A DNA stretch of 63,841 nucleotides, counting the filler, from Choristocarpus tenellus KU-1152 (Eukaryota > Protista > Phaeophyceae): the NCBI GenBank assembly GCA_964200185.2. It is 10 parts of 10 records of this genome, joined end to end, with 100 filler letters (N's around TTAATTAATTAA, not from the genome) between each part and the next. Parts side by side here need not be neighbours in the genome. Positions count along the whole stretch, not along the records: positions 1 to 6,081 come from CAXNAD020008986.1; positions 6,182 to 10,902 come from CAXNAD020013339.1; positions 11,003 to 16,993 come from CAXNAD020009221.1; 7 more parts are not named here. One strand, written 5' to 3'. The notes under the pieces were generated by a model. It ran no database searches. It was given only the letters and a program-made list of their open reading frames with translations, and was not told the DNA's origin. Positions within the stretch are counted from its first letter, which is position 1. Every line of letters starts with the position of its first letter. A program made the position numbers and the translations under genes. Below, in pieces: positions 1-11,773 of this stretch.

Positions 1-36
1 CCGAAACATTTCCAAAAAAAGGACATATCCTGGGCC

Positions 37-149
37 CTTCCAAGTGCAAAAACAGTTGCAAAAAAAACCTTTCGGTACTTTTTCAAGACCGTTTTCGCAG
101 AACAACCATCCTCATAGCCCCACTCCATCCTCAATTTTTAAAATCCACT
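37..149. repeat. Dispersed repeat end, second copy at 49399-49513
   Basis: Near-identical cttccaagtgcaaaaacagttgc...tcctcaatttttt.aaatccact in both places. The terminus reads CAGTGGATT on the minus strand of the second copy, possibly a hAT-type TIR. Confidence 0.8.
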
Positions 150-2820
150 CTTATTTCAGAACACTACGAAACACACAGCCCTCTACATGCACAAGAAGAT
201 TGCCCCAATGCAGTATATATGAGACGTACACTAACAAGTAGGGGTGGGTGGTAGGTGGGTGTCTCCCTTGTTGTGAAAGTTGTAGGCATGGAATGAAGGG
301 GTGATGTAGATTGAAACTGAAGGGTTGGTAGTATCATTTTGAAATCAGCTACCGATGGTGAGGTAGTTTTAAATGCAGCTTATTGTGTGAGTGCCATTTT
401 GAAACAAGATAACAGAATCTTAATTCTGTCTATAACGAGTGTTGAATATTTGATTAGGCAGAAATTGTGGTTCAAAGATCTTACTGGGCAAGATGTTGCA
501 TTGTTGAATCTGCAGATGTGGTATGTGTTGATGAGCAGGGTTGTTGGGGTAGGTGATAAATGACACTCCAGAAGTCCGACATATCATATTCAAGACTGAG
601 GAAGGTGCAAGTCGATGATTTACTATCAGCCCTTGAAGATCACAAAGAAAATAATTCACCAAAAAAGTTGAAACTGGTGCTCCTTTGAAGGTGGTAGAGA
701 AGAGAAGAATCTCTTGAATCGATCAAGCCCCCTCCTAGCCTAGTACTGACCCTGTCTCCAGTTTATAACACGGAACACACCTGGAGATTAAGATGTTAAT
801 GAGTGTGGAACTATGCATGGTGTATGAAAGTTGACGTAGGGATTGAAGAAATCCTGCGTACAATACTGCAAGCTTCTCCCAAGGTGTGAAACTCCACACA
901 TTTTTTATTGTTATTTTCCGGTCTGTTCAAAGCAAATGTCCACGTAAGAAAACGTGTGTGGAAAAAGACTGCTGCTTGCTCATCTGGAAGCATATGTACG
1001 GAAGTATGACGAAAACCTTTTTCTGATATACCTCATATTATGTAGGGGTATGAAGGGCGACCTTGCCTATTTAACACCATTCAAAACAATAGTGACAATG
1101 TGTACATTCTCATGTAAAGTACACCACTACCAACCGTGATGATGTGTACACCTGCTAAGTGATATCCTCCCACAAGATGAATCGGAGTGTGGAGTGCTCA
1201 GCATTGGGTTTCTCGTAATGAATTGGCCCTGTTGGACATATCAATACTGGTAATTTGTCAAGCACAACCCTAGTGTGGGTTAAAACAGAGAGAGAGGCCT
1301 TCCGTTCATATGGTAGTTGCTACAATCTGATATGCTGACACAACTTCATATGATGTACTGACACCCACAACATCAACACAAGCTCATTCCACCATCATTT
1401 AGGTGATTTCTTTGGTAAGAGTACACACTGTCACTATCTGTTCCAATTAACCTCTCTAGAAACATGTTCTTAACCAAGCCTGACGATGTCACACTTGCTG
1501 AATTGATAGTATTTTAGGGTACCTAGAAAAAGCTTAATACTATTTCGTGTTCTGAACGGTGTTTATATTTTAGATGAAAAAAATCCATATCGTGGGTATC
1601 ACGTAGGTATGAAGGGTGACCTCCCCCTTTTAACACTCAGAATGGAGATGTGTGTTACATTTGTATGTAAAGCACACTACCACCAACTGTAATGATGTAT
1701 ACACTCACTAAAATGAGATCCTTGGACAGGACCAATCAGAGTATAGGGTGGTTATCATTGGGTTCCTTGTGAAGAGTAGACCCTGTTGGACATGTCAGTG
1801 CCATCAATTTGTCAAGCGCAACCTTAGTGTGGGTCAAAACGGAGACATTCTGATAGTTGAACACAACTCACTACAACATATTGATACCTATGATGTCTAC
1901 AATACGACTTCATGCCTCCATTGCTTAGGCAACTTTGAAGTATATAGCCAGTTAACTTGCTATCACCATACCAAATAACCTCTATAAAAGCATGCTCTTG
2001 AGATTTATGAGGGTGAAAATCTGTCACACTCGCTAAGATAGTGATTTGGAGAATCTATTAAATAAGTAGGTAATGTATTATAAGATAGTCACTCAATTAC
2101 GCTCTGCTCAGTACATTGATAGAGACACAATCTGGTGGCCCCTCCCTACCTGGGAAAGGTGAACCGCATTCAACCCTTCTCCTGACTGGGGTATAGGGGC
2201 AAGAAGGGTGGAGGCATATACGGTGGTGTGAGGATAGGACAGGCCATTTGGTCATATTTTAGTGCTATTATGAAGGCAATAGAAAGATGTGAAGGAGTAA
2301 TAGAATTGTGGTGTGGGGAAGCCTGAGACTGGTTGTTCTGCCTACTCACAAATTTCATGTTGTGAATGGTGTTAACATCTTAGGTGGAGATTGCTATTTG
2401 AGCAGTTGAGAACACAATCTGTAATTATTATAACAGTAAACTGTCAGTCCGGTGCATAGAGTCCTGCAAAAGCCTCATTGACAAATTCGACTCTGCTTTG
2501 CAAATCTATTATAGGTGCTGTAAAAATATCAGGAACTCAGACTCCTAGGCTCTGGTAAGTCTTCAAAGAGGAAATGATGTATGTTTATTGGGGTGCTCAG
2601 GTGTCTCGCTTATGTTTACTCTGTATTTTCCGTTTTATATGCAAGAGAATATGTGACAAGAGTAATTTATAAGAGCGAACTCAATACTGACAAGTGGGTT
2701 ATGAAATTACCCAACCTTAGGAAGGTTCGTTCAATCAAGGATCCACTATATGACTGTCAATATATGACAAATGTCAGTGTCATCATATCTATCTGTAAGA
2801 TACTTTTTTAGTCCTTTCGA

Positions 2821-3260
2821 TCAGTCATCCGAACGGTAATGTTTTACATCAATGCACACGATTGTACATAAATCTTCTAGTACAGGATACGATCGACTGC
2901 TCCGGGCGCTACAGAATACTGTGATTGCTCTGTCTACGACATGCTTTCTGGACCTTCTTGATGGACTTCCTTGACCTCTTGCACCTTGGATGCTAGCTGG
3001 TGCTATTGATGTTTGCAGCTGTAAATTAAAAAATAGAAGTCCATAATGTCGGGGACAGAGTGGTCCCATCCTTGTGGGAAAGATAGGTCTGGGGCATGAC
3101 AAATGACAAAAAATATGTTCAAGAAGCGTTAATATACCAGCCTCTTCTTTACCTCTTAGGCGTTGATTGCACCCTGAATGCTTGGCGATCAGCACCAAAG
3201 TCGGATCACAACCATATTGGACTTAAAATAAAGGATTTTTTGACAGATAGAGTGTCACCT
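2821..3260 (-). mobile_element. Highly decayed Ty3/Gypsy-like integrase remnant
   Basis: LLEHIFC....P..I, T..YHP..G..E....VVD and YN..H......PF-like spacing is recoverable across frameshifts. Confidence 0.4.
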
Positions 3261-4139
3261 CGTAGAAGTGGAGAATGTGCTAGACTTGATGTCGCATGAT
3301 CTTGTACACAAGGTAGACAAAATCTCTCTATCAATCAATCGATGGCTAACTTTCTAACTGTTCTACTGTACAGTCATGTTCTTACGATGTGGTTGTGTGA
3401 TGGAATGTGATGGGTCAGGGAGTGCTATCATCTTCAACCACACAACCCACTGAAAACTAAAAAAGACCGAGAAACATGTATATCGATGTATGTAGTATGC
3501 ACATTTTGTGGAAAAGTAAATACATGGATAATATACTGTACTGTTTATAACATGTTTATTAGCACTAGGTAGTATTATGCTATTATTATTTTTGCTCATT
3601 TTTTGTCTGGAACTTCTCCACTACCTACACCCTATGTAGACCACTGATCCGTGGTCAGATGGCAGTGCACACTGCACTATTTCACCTGCCCTATGAACTA
3701 CCTGTTGCAGTACAACTAAATTCACTGCCCTGTGTGTGCCTTGATTTGATCTTGCAGACAGGAGAGATATGTATATGCTTTTCTAGATGGGTGAGTGGTA
3801 AGACAAATATTTGTATACGTTTTTAACAGAGGAGTGGTGATACCGATATGTGAAATGCACACTGACCACAGACCACTGACCACAGACCATAGACACACCG
3901 AATAATATACAGTACATGTTTTAACTTCAACTAATGAAAATTAAGGGACACCAACATGACATACATACTGCAGACATAATGTCACCCATGACCCTACTAG
4001 GACTTCCAAAATGTCATAGTTTAGAAGGGGAGGTGATACATTTTCTAGTATCCATAGAACAATAACGGATCCAAGTATTAATTACTTATTGAAATTATAG
4101 TAGTAGTAACCTAAGACTCCTACACTTTTTTTTTCCTAT

Positions 4140-4310
4140 TACATTTCAACAAAATAAGATTTGTGCAACATATTGCATTTCAACAAAATAAGATTTGTAC
4201 TACATACTACATTTGAACAACATAAGATTTGTACAACATATTACATTTCAACATAAGATTTGTACACCATTGCTGTTTCCTATTAAATCACAATGTAAGA
4301 TTTGTACACG
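4140..4310. repeat. Tandem repeat, ~34-bp unit x 4-5
   Basis: ACATTTCAACAAAATAAGATTTGTACAACATATT variants. Confidence 0.85.
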
Positions 4311-4339
4311 ATTGATCTTTCCTTCAAAATCACACCAGA

Positions 4340-5092
4340 AGGTTTGTGCATGAAGATAAGGTAGCGATTGCCATTGTCAAGATCCTATGGTACAGTGGAT
4401 TACCCTTTATTACTCTACTCATTACCGCAGTAGTCATTAATGTGACGAACCTTGGAATCTACAAAGGTGTGAAGGCAGCCTTAGACTTGCTCAACCCTGA
4501 GCCCAATCATACCTGGAACATGGATGGGGCAGGAGTGAAAATCAAAGACAGAATGATACAAAAATATTTGTACCTTGATCTTTGATCTTTATGCAGAAGC
4601 TGGTGCTGTACTCATGACACACCCTTACCCTAGTTGAACATCACACCGCATCATGCCGATGGTACTCTCAGGGAACCAAAGCAAAAATTGTGATAGGCTG
4701 GAAGGGTGTCAAGACTGTCCCCAGCATACGTAGTACCCTCCAGAGAGAATGCAATATTCTGTGTTTGTGCCAACGATACATTGGGCAGTCCCATTATCTC
4801 TTGAGGGGTGGAGGGAGGTACAGGCATGATGGTCATGATGTTGTTGAGGGAGTAAGAATTATTTGCAGCAACACTTTCGTTCTTGACTAGCAACAACTTG
4901 TACTTCCCTATTCTCTAATAAGAGGTTGAGGTCAGAGGAATACCTTTATGAAAACCCATTCATTGTGTTCATTGATGGGGCAAATATCCCACATTCCGTT
5001 ACAGGGAACATTATTCTGCATAACAGTTTCATAAAGGCTGGTACGAAGTTGATGTATAAGATTTATTTGTTGAACTGTCCGACTGTATGTAT
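4340..5092 (-). mobile_element. Decayed LTR-retrotransposon gag/protease remnant, abutted by the mariner
   Basis: Minus-strand CSL*RNVGYLPHQ* at ~4970-5012 looks like an eroded CCHC zinc knuckle, followed by a weak aspartic-protease-like stretch (SVFDFHS). Confidence 0.35.
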
Positions 5093-5094
5093 TA

Positions 5095-6081
5095 CTTCCT
5101 CCATTTGGAATTAAAAGTAACAAATCTTTTACAGCCCCAATGAAGAAGCAAGATTTTTCTCACATGTTCATATATTACGGGTTTATTATGCACACACTAA
5201 AAGGTTGACCACCAAAATCTCAAACAAAATGGGGCAGCCTACACCTATTTATGATTCTGCCTCCAAAGCCCTCCAATATTCCATTCCAGTACAGTATTTC
5301 ACCCCATCCACCTGGGCATTCAGGGGGGACTTGCTCGTCTTCTCAGCCTTTTCCTTGCTACGATGGGAAATTTTGAAGACATTGTCACCCTTAGACCCCA
5401 GCACTTCACCATAGACAGCAAAGAGGCTCTGCCAGAAGCGTTCCAGTGTCTCCTGGGGGTACACATTGAACACCTCCATTGTGACCTCCACCAGCTCTCC
5501 TCTATGTTGGCCACCCCCATGTCTTCCTTCAGTTGCTGGATGGAATGAAATAATCCAAGGTTGTTGATGATGAGATCAGGTGAGTTGACTGGCTGGGTCC
5601 ATATGACAATGTTGTCCCCTGCCGCCGCCTAATCAATTGGCTTCATGATGCCCCCCTTGGTGTGTGACTTTGCCCATCATGCTGCACGAAGATGGTGTGT
5701 CCTTCTGGCCTAGGAATGTGGACCTTCATTGCTGGGATGACATTCTCAATCATGGGCTCCTTATACCTCTCCCTGTCCACTGTGGCTGGCACAAGCACCT
5801 TGGTGCCCTTGAGTCGGTGTTTGCTGGAGTGCTGAGCAACCTTAGTGTCCATGATTGACCAGATCCTGATTTTATCATTGAACCGTACCACCTTGGAGAG
5901 CTTCTTAGGGTAGACCACAGCTGCAAGGAACATCACCTTTGTGACATATTGCTTATCCTGTGGGTGTGGCGGGTTTGGGAGGATCCTCAGTGGGGTGCAG
6001 GTACACACCTTACCCATCTTTGAGGATGTAAAACCACTTCTCTACATGCACCCAGTCATATAGATTGTCCACTAATACCCC
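5095..6081 (-). mobile_element. Decayed mariner (DD39D, plant-mariner/Stowaway-partner type), 3' half with TIR
   Basis: Motifs WVHVEKWF, KVMFLAAV..P, F..KI.IW, IFVQHDG, QPVNSPDL.INNLGLFHSIQ and G.N.FKISH, broken by frameshifts. Terminal TA|CTTCCTCCATTT at 5093-5106 resembles the CTCCCTCCGT TIR of this family. Confidence 0.85.
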
Positions 6082-6181
6082 NNNNNNNNNNNNNNNNNNN
6101 NNNNNNNNNNNNNNNNNNNNNNNNNTTAATTAATTAANNNNNNNNNNNNNNNNNNNNNNNNNNNNNNNNNNNNNNNNNNNN
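6082..6181. other. Artificial contig linker (first of nine)
   Basis: N44-TTAATTAATTAA-N44, which puts stops in all six frames. Repeated at 10903-11002, 16994-17093, 20687-20786, 41663-41762, 45861-45960, 49299-49398, 51932-52031, 56823-56922. Confidence 0.98.
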
Positions 6182-6440
6182 CCCCTCAGTTACTTTGGGT
6201 CAAATACAATACTAAGAGCGATTTGCACGAAGGGCACCAGGGTTAGGGAAGAGGATAAGCAGGACAAAGTAAATCACTAATAAATTGACCCCCTCTCAAT
6301 AAACCAGCAGTTATAGCTGCGCTGTTCCAATCCTTCCGAGGCGTTATCCCTAAGGCATGCCGGATTTAATCTAGTTGTCCCTCTGATTTCCACGGGAGCA
6401 AAGGTGTTCACAAGCGCCCCCCAAGGAGGAAGGAAAACCC

Positions 6441-7269
6441 TCAATTGTGCGAGTCCGAGTCCCTGAGGTGCAGCTGAGCCTGGGTAAGCTCATGGGAAGC
6501 GCAGCTGTTGCAGGAGGGCGAGACGGCAGGGTTGATGTTGATGAAGCCCTTTGGCTCTTCATGCGGCACTGGCTGGTGCGATATGCTGATATTGATGCCA
6601 TACATTGCACAATTGGCTACGGATGAACTTGAATGTGTAAGGCGCACACACAGCCCTGTAATGCACTTGTGGACAAATCAGGTCATTGTTGCACAAGACT
6701 ACCAAACAAAACCCTTGCCTACCCCAGCCCATACTCACCCTGCATACGTGGGCTCATGCCTCATCACTAGGCAACTGAAAACATGTTGGCATGGATGATG
6801 ACATAGGGCTTAACGTACCTTCCACTCATACATGTATCCACCAGCTGAGCTGAATTTCCAACGCATAGTACGGGCATCAAATCGGTTGTTGTACCATGCT
6901 GGACCATTGCCTTCTTCAACAGTATTGATCGATGTGCAACTGTTGGGCTCACAATCATGTTTGTACAATCCCTCCTCCTTCCCCCTGCACACACCATGTT
7001 TGTTCTATATACACCATATATATATATACATACATATACATACACATATACATACACATATATTTGTTTTCCGGTGCAATAATATTCATAATAATAATAA
7101 AAAAAAGGTGGTACGGCAGCACCGTCTAAACCTTGTAGACCAGGTACTAGGCTCTGCAACTTCTACTACTGCTGCCAGATCCCTTTCTTCTTTGGATACC
7201 TTCCACAGCCTAGCTTCGAGCTTCGAGCACCTGGCAAGGGCGCCAGGTCCCCCGAGCACAGTCGTAGAC
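6441..7269 (-). CDS. 3' end of an unidentified gene (3 exons)
   Basis: Exons 7269-7132, 6939-6819, 6572-6441(TGA) have CAG acceptors and GT donors, and their phases join into one frame: STTVLGGPGALARCSKLEARLWKVSKEERDLAAVVEVAEPSTWSTSCTSINTVEEGNGPAWYNNRFDARTMRWKFSSAGGYMYEWKPVPHEEPKGFININPAVSPSCNSCASHELTQAQLHLRDSDSHN*. Family not recognised. Confidence 0.55.
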
Positions 7270-7371
7270 CTGGTGTATGGGGAGGCCTATTCTGAGGGTC
7301 TGCGGATGACAAGAGTCCCTAAGGTACTGCACAATACAGGTGGCGGGGGTAGGATGAGGGGACGAGCTTCT

Positions 7372-7640
7372 GAGTCAAAGTATCTTAGGGTTAGGGTAGA
7401 ACCGCGTCCGTTTGGAGTCCAAAATCTAGTGTTGCGATTCTGATGCAATTTTGGCTATTGCGCTTGTTAGGAAGTGTCAATATCCCTGTTCCGGAAACAC
7501 CTTTTCATAGTTTTATGCATTTTACTTACTCCGAAACATTTCAGAGTAGGACCATATCATAAAATTAAAAAAAACATGGGAAGCCAAGGCCCAAACGAAC
7601 AAACAGGGTCAAAATCGCATCCTCCAAGCTACTTTCACTC
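7372..7640. mobile_element. MITE family B copy (~260 bp, TIR GAGTSAAAGTATCTTAGAGGGTA)
   Basis: GAGTCAAAGTATC ... TACTTTCACTC. Aligns with 37939-38192. The left TIR carries (TTAGGG)2. Confidence 0.85.
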
Positions 7641-8599
7641 TCCTACGAAATCACAACATGTCCAAAGTGCCATTACTAACGATAGGGACGGGCCGTGATT
7701 ACAGTTACACTTGATATTGATGGCATCTTCGATTCCACTGGAGGGGTTGATGAGACTACGTTTTGTGTTTTGTAGGAAGATGTGAAGGGCATTTTACAGG
7801 CCGTTTGCATAGAATAGTTACTACATTCAGCAGACCTTACACATTTTTTTTTTTTGCAATGCCGCAGGATTACATGGGCCGTAGGTGTATGCCGAAGGAC
7901 ACTTCCGCCCTCCCTCATACCTCCTACCCAATCACCTTAGTATACGTATTGACATGTATTGACATGTATTGCCTTAGTCACACGTGGTGTAAGTGATACC
8001 GCAGCGAATAGATACTTTGCACAACCAACTTAATGATCCAGTTCATGAAAAGCTGAGATTAATCAGCACAGTATACACACACATGCATATGCATGGATCA
8101 GTTTGTGCTTGAAAACAACCAAATCTCGCAGTTGAAAAAATGTCTTTTGGAAGTACTTTGAGTAACACAGAGCTTATTGGGAAGTACTTTGGGTTCTAGC
8201 AATTTGAAGCTGGAAAAGAAATCGAACATGAGAACGCTTTGGAGTGATCGAACATGATTGATGGTCGCGATTGGGAGAGGAGGGTGCCATTTAATAACAG
8301 ACTGACATTTTACCAACAACTTGGAATAGTGTATAGTGGAAGACTTTGCAAGGGTCATTTCCAGAACAAGAGTGGGCCATCATGTCCTTCATGCTGATTT
8401 ATAAGCGAAGCAAGCACGAATCGATAGGCTTTACCACAGGGTGAAAACACTCCAAAGAGCTCAATGCTATTCCCGATATTGAAAGGCATATTCACAAGGA
8501 CTTCATTGTTCAATTACATGGCTTCTGGACATCAGCTTGTTGGTATTCTTCTCCATACACATGCACCCGAAAAGGCTTTTGGCCGTTTTTGTATTATGC

Positions 8600-8842
8600 G
8601 TCAGTTTTTCAATCATTTGCAATTCACCCATATTTACTTTATTTCTATGGGTGAGTTGCTAAGTTTGACTTGAGAGGGGTTTTTTTTATATTTCTTGAAA
8701 AATTTTCCGCGCACAACTCCAAAAAATATCCTACAAAAATATCCTACACGCGTTTATATGAAATGCCGAATTTTGCACATGCTTGCCAGCATCCTTGAAA
8801 TATTGAACTCTGGGTGGGTGTACCTCTTGTCTACTTTGAATC
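8600..8842. mobile_element. MITE family C copy, one end eroded
   Basis: Aligns with 46740-46953 (cacccatattt...ctaagtttgacttgagagggtt...agcatccttgaaat...tgtctactttga). Confidence 0.7.
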
Positions 8843-10567
8843 AGTTCGAGGTTCCAAATTATGCTCGACATTCTTCCAGCAACACATATGTTTGGGTTGA
8901 CTTAAAAGCAATCCACCAAGTCTAAGCAGTGAAGAAACATGGCTGTGCAGATCCTTTTAATGTGCTGAAGGGTTGTACTGGGTCCTTCCAGTGCTGCCCA
9001 AAAGTTTCTCAGGTGGGTCCATGGACATCAGTGAGCCCCACACGCCTTGAAAATAAATCTATGAACAGATAAAGTGATACTCTCTCAGCTTCCATGCCTC
9101 CCTCCCCCTCCCCCTCCCCCACCCCACCCCACCCCCATGAACTCCTTAAACGTGATGTTGCTGTAGGGGGGTCCAACACCCCACCGTACTGCAGTGGCTC
9201 ATGCACTTTGCACAAGTGTGGCCTTCATGTGGGATGTGGGGGGGATGAGGGAAGTCGTGCCATTGCCCTCATCTTTCAATGCCTGTGCTTTGCAGAAGTT
9301 ACTATTGGTGGCCTGGGGTAGCTATGTTGGGCCATTGAAGGTGAGGGAACAACGACTTCCTATGGGGGTGGTCAAACCTGAAGGGAAGGCAATGTTTGTT
9401 GGGGGGGGAAAGCCTTTGGGAGTGGGCAGTACTTGCGACCTGTACTCCACATCGCATTGGACAGTTGTGTTTGTCTTTGTTCTGCGTGATACTCCGGATG
9501 TTCCTCATGAGGAGAACTCTGACTGGCAAATCCACTCTGTGCGTGCTCTGCAGAAGAAATAAGAAAGATGGTTCAGAAGGTGTCCACAACCACACCAATC
9601 TTCAGACTCATTACACATGTTGGGTGTGGGGGATATCTGTATCCTTCCCACAAGATCATCCTCCTGATCCACAGGCTATCATCGAAGAAGTTTCTGGCAT
9701 GTAATATTTTTATATATATATTGTGAAACCAGAAGTGGAGTCCATAGGCCTGAAGCACCTTGATACCCTTGGAAGGAGAGGGAAGCAGGGGAGAAGTGAA
9801 CAACCAAAGCTTCCACTTTTCCCAACCTTGCATGCTCTGGTCCAGCTACCTATCCACCCAGCTACCCCCTTCCCACTTACTCACACCCCGTTTGCCACAT
9901 AACCAAGCCCAAAAGTCTCTGATCATCACAATGCCTGTTTTCAGTAGCACACATCAGACAATCCTCACATGTGCCCATCACATGCACTTTACAGGAGGAG
10001 TTGCCAAAGCTCGTCCAGGAGCTGGAAGCATATGTCTCGATCTCATCAATAGATGTCAATTTGGACAAGAACTCCATTGACTCCTCCGCCACTGCTACTG
10101 GGACCACTGCAAGCTCTGCTAAGGAAGAATTGCTGCCTGCAGCTACCAGTGTGGAACGGGCTCCTGCGGCAGAGGCATGTGGTGAGGTGCTGGGCTGGGT
10201 TGACGCACACTGATGAGGCAATATGTGGCATGTAGACTAACTGCACTGTAGGTATGCATGTAATTGTTGGCATAACTGTTGTTATTTCGCACCTAGCCTA
10301 GCCTTGCCTCCCAAATGATATCGTTGCTGTTATTAAAAACACCTTCACTCCTATAGCAACGGTGATAATAATGTCAGGTGCGACCCGTTATAGTAGAACA
10401 TGTGTGTTCAGATTGATAGCTTGCATAAGTTTACAGAGACGACAACTGTGGTTTCAGCTAAGATTTGGGATTCGCGTAGGATAGTAAGAGTAGCATGAAA
10501 AACTTGAGCTGGATGATGCAACTTATTCCATGACCAAAAATGGCTTCTTGCACTCGGGCTCAAAGTA

Positions 10568-10832
10568 GAGTGAAAGTCTCTTATTAAGAGAGCGTACGAG
10601 TTTTGCCCTGTTTGTCCAATTGGGGCTTGGCTTCCCTTGGGTTTTTTTATGACATTTTCCTAGTCCAAAATATTTTGGAGTAAGTAAAATGTGTATGTTA
10701 TGAAAACATATGTCCGGAATAAGGATGTTGACACTTCCTAACAAACACAATAGCGAAAATTATATCAAAATCGCAACATTGGATTTTGCCACCCAAATGG
10801 ACGCGGGTCTACCCTCTAAGATACTTTGGCTC
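10568..10832. mobile_element. MITE family B copy
   Basis: GAGTGAAAG...TACCCTCTAAGATACTTTGGCTC with 4-bp TSD AGTA. Another copy starts at 10868 inside a family A fragment. Confidence 0.9.
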
Positions 10833-11103
10833 AGTACCTATGTGGTGGTGGGGGGGGGTCTACACCAGAGTCAAAGTATCTTAGAGGGTAGAGCGGTGTC
10901 CANNNNNNNNNNNNNNNNNNNNNNNNNNNNNNNNNNNNNNNNNNNNTTAATTAATTAANNNNNNNNNNNNNNNNNNNNNNNNNNNNNNNNNNNNNNNNNN
11001 NNGAGTGAGCACTATCCTCAAGGTGGGGGGGTGGTGCTCTCCCTTGTTATCTAATTCATTCGTCATCAAACACGTCAGATATATGTTTAAACATATTTGT
11101 GAC

Positions 11104-11182
11104 AGTTACACTACGTCAGTCACTTGTAAGTTCAAGTTACACTACGTCAGTCGCTTGTAAGTTCAAGTTACATTACTTCATT
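11104..11182. repeat. Tandem repeat, 31-bp unit x ~2.5
   Basis: AGTTACACTACGTCAGTCACTTGTAAGTTCA repeated. Confidence 0.8.
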
Positions 11183-11509
11183 CACTTTTACACTATAAAC
11201 CATATAGACTACTAGTCTATATTGCACAGAAACAGTCCATGGTCATTTTTCAGTTCCTCGTGCTAACACTGGGAAAACACACCCTAACCGACAGCGCTCT
11301 TCATGTGCTGACCAAATCCCACTCATGCAACCAAACAAACCAATAATTAGCCCTGAAACAACCAATGGCATATCTCTCGTTCTTCATCCTAACTGTACAA
11401 CCAACATACACGTCGAAACTCCTAACCAAGCCCAAATAAATGGTGACATACATTCCCATTCCTCTTGCGTACGCAAGGACAGAAGGGAACCTAACCAACC
11501 GTCTTCTCT

Positions 11510-11621
11510 TTTTTTGCCCACATTCCCAGTCCAACACGTGCGACCAAATCCAAAAAGTGAAAATCGAAAAAAGGGTGAAAAACGGACGCCGACCCCCCCC
11601 CCCCCCCAGATACTTTGACCC
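11510..11621. mobile_element. MITE family D fragment (same CCCCAGATACTTTGACCC end as family A, different interior)
   Basis: The interior is the reverse complement of 17094-17160. A second copy at 17094-17228 ends in GAGATACTTTGACCC. Confidence 0.7.
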
Positions 11622-11773
11622 TGTTGCAGAGTACTCTATTTCGACATACACTCCCCAGCAGTACTACTAATGAACTAGGTTGTCTTTTTATTTTGAGATA
11701 AGATTTGGAGATAATCTTCAAAGACAAGGCCCAGTCAATTCTCCCACCCCTCCAGCAGGCTAATCAAAATGGT

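Noticed and set aside
6126-6137. Palindromic TTAATTAATTAA recurring nine times between N-runs
   Set aside because: Identical 100-nt artificial linker with six-frame stops, so not biological. Gene neighbourhoods across linkers cannot be interpreted.
6832-7443. 203-aa + strand ORF
   Set aside because: Runs through a TA/CA microsatellite and a MITE, and is antisense to better-supported exons.
8098-8560. Possible hAT dimerisation-domain remnant (FKLLEPKVL..LCVTQSTSKRHF)
   Set aside because: Similarity too weak to support without a search.
9994-10186. Exon-like block EELPKLVQELEAYVSISS...
   Set aside because: No convincing exon chain or family assignment. It could be host or TE.
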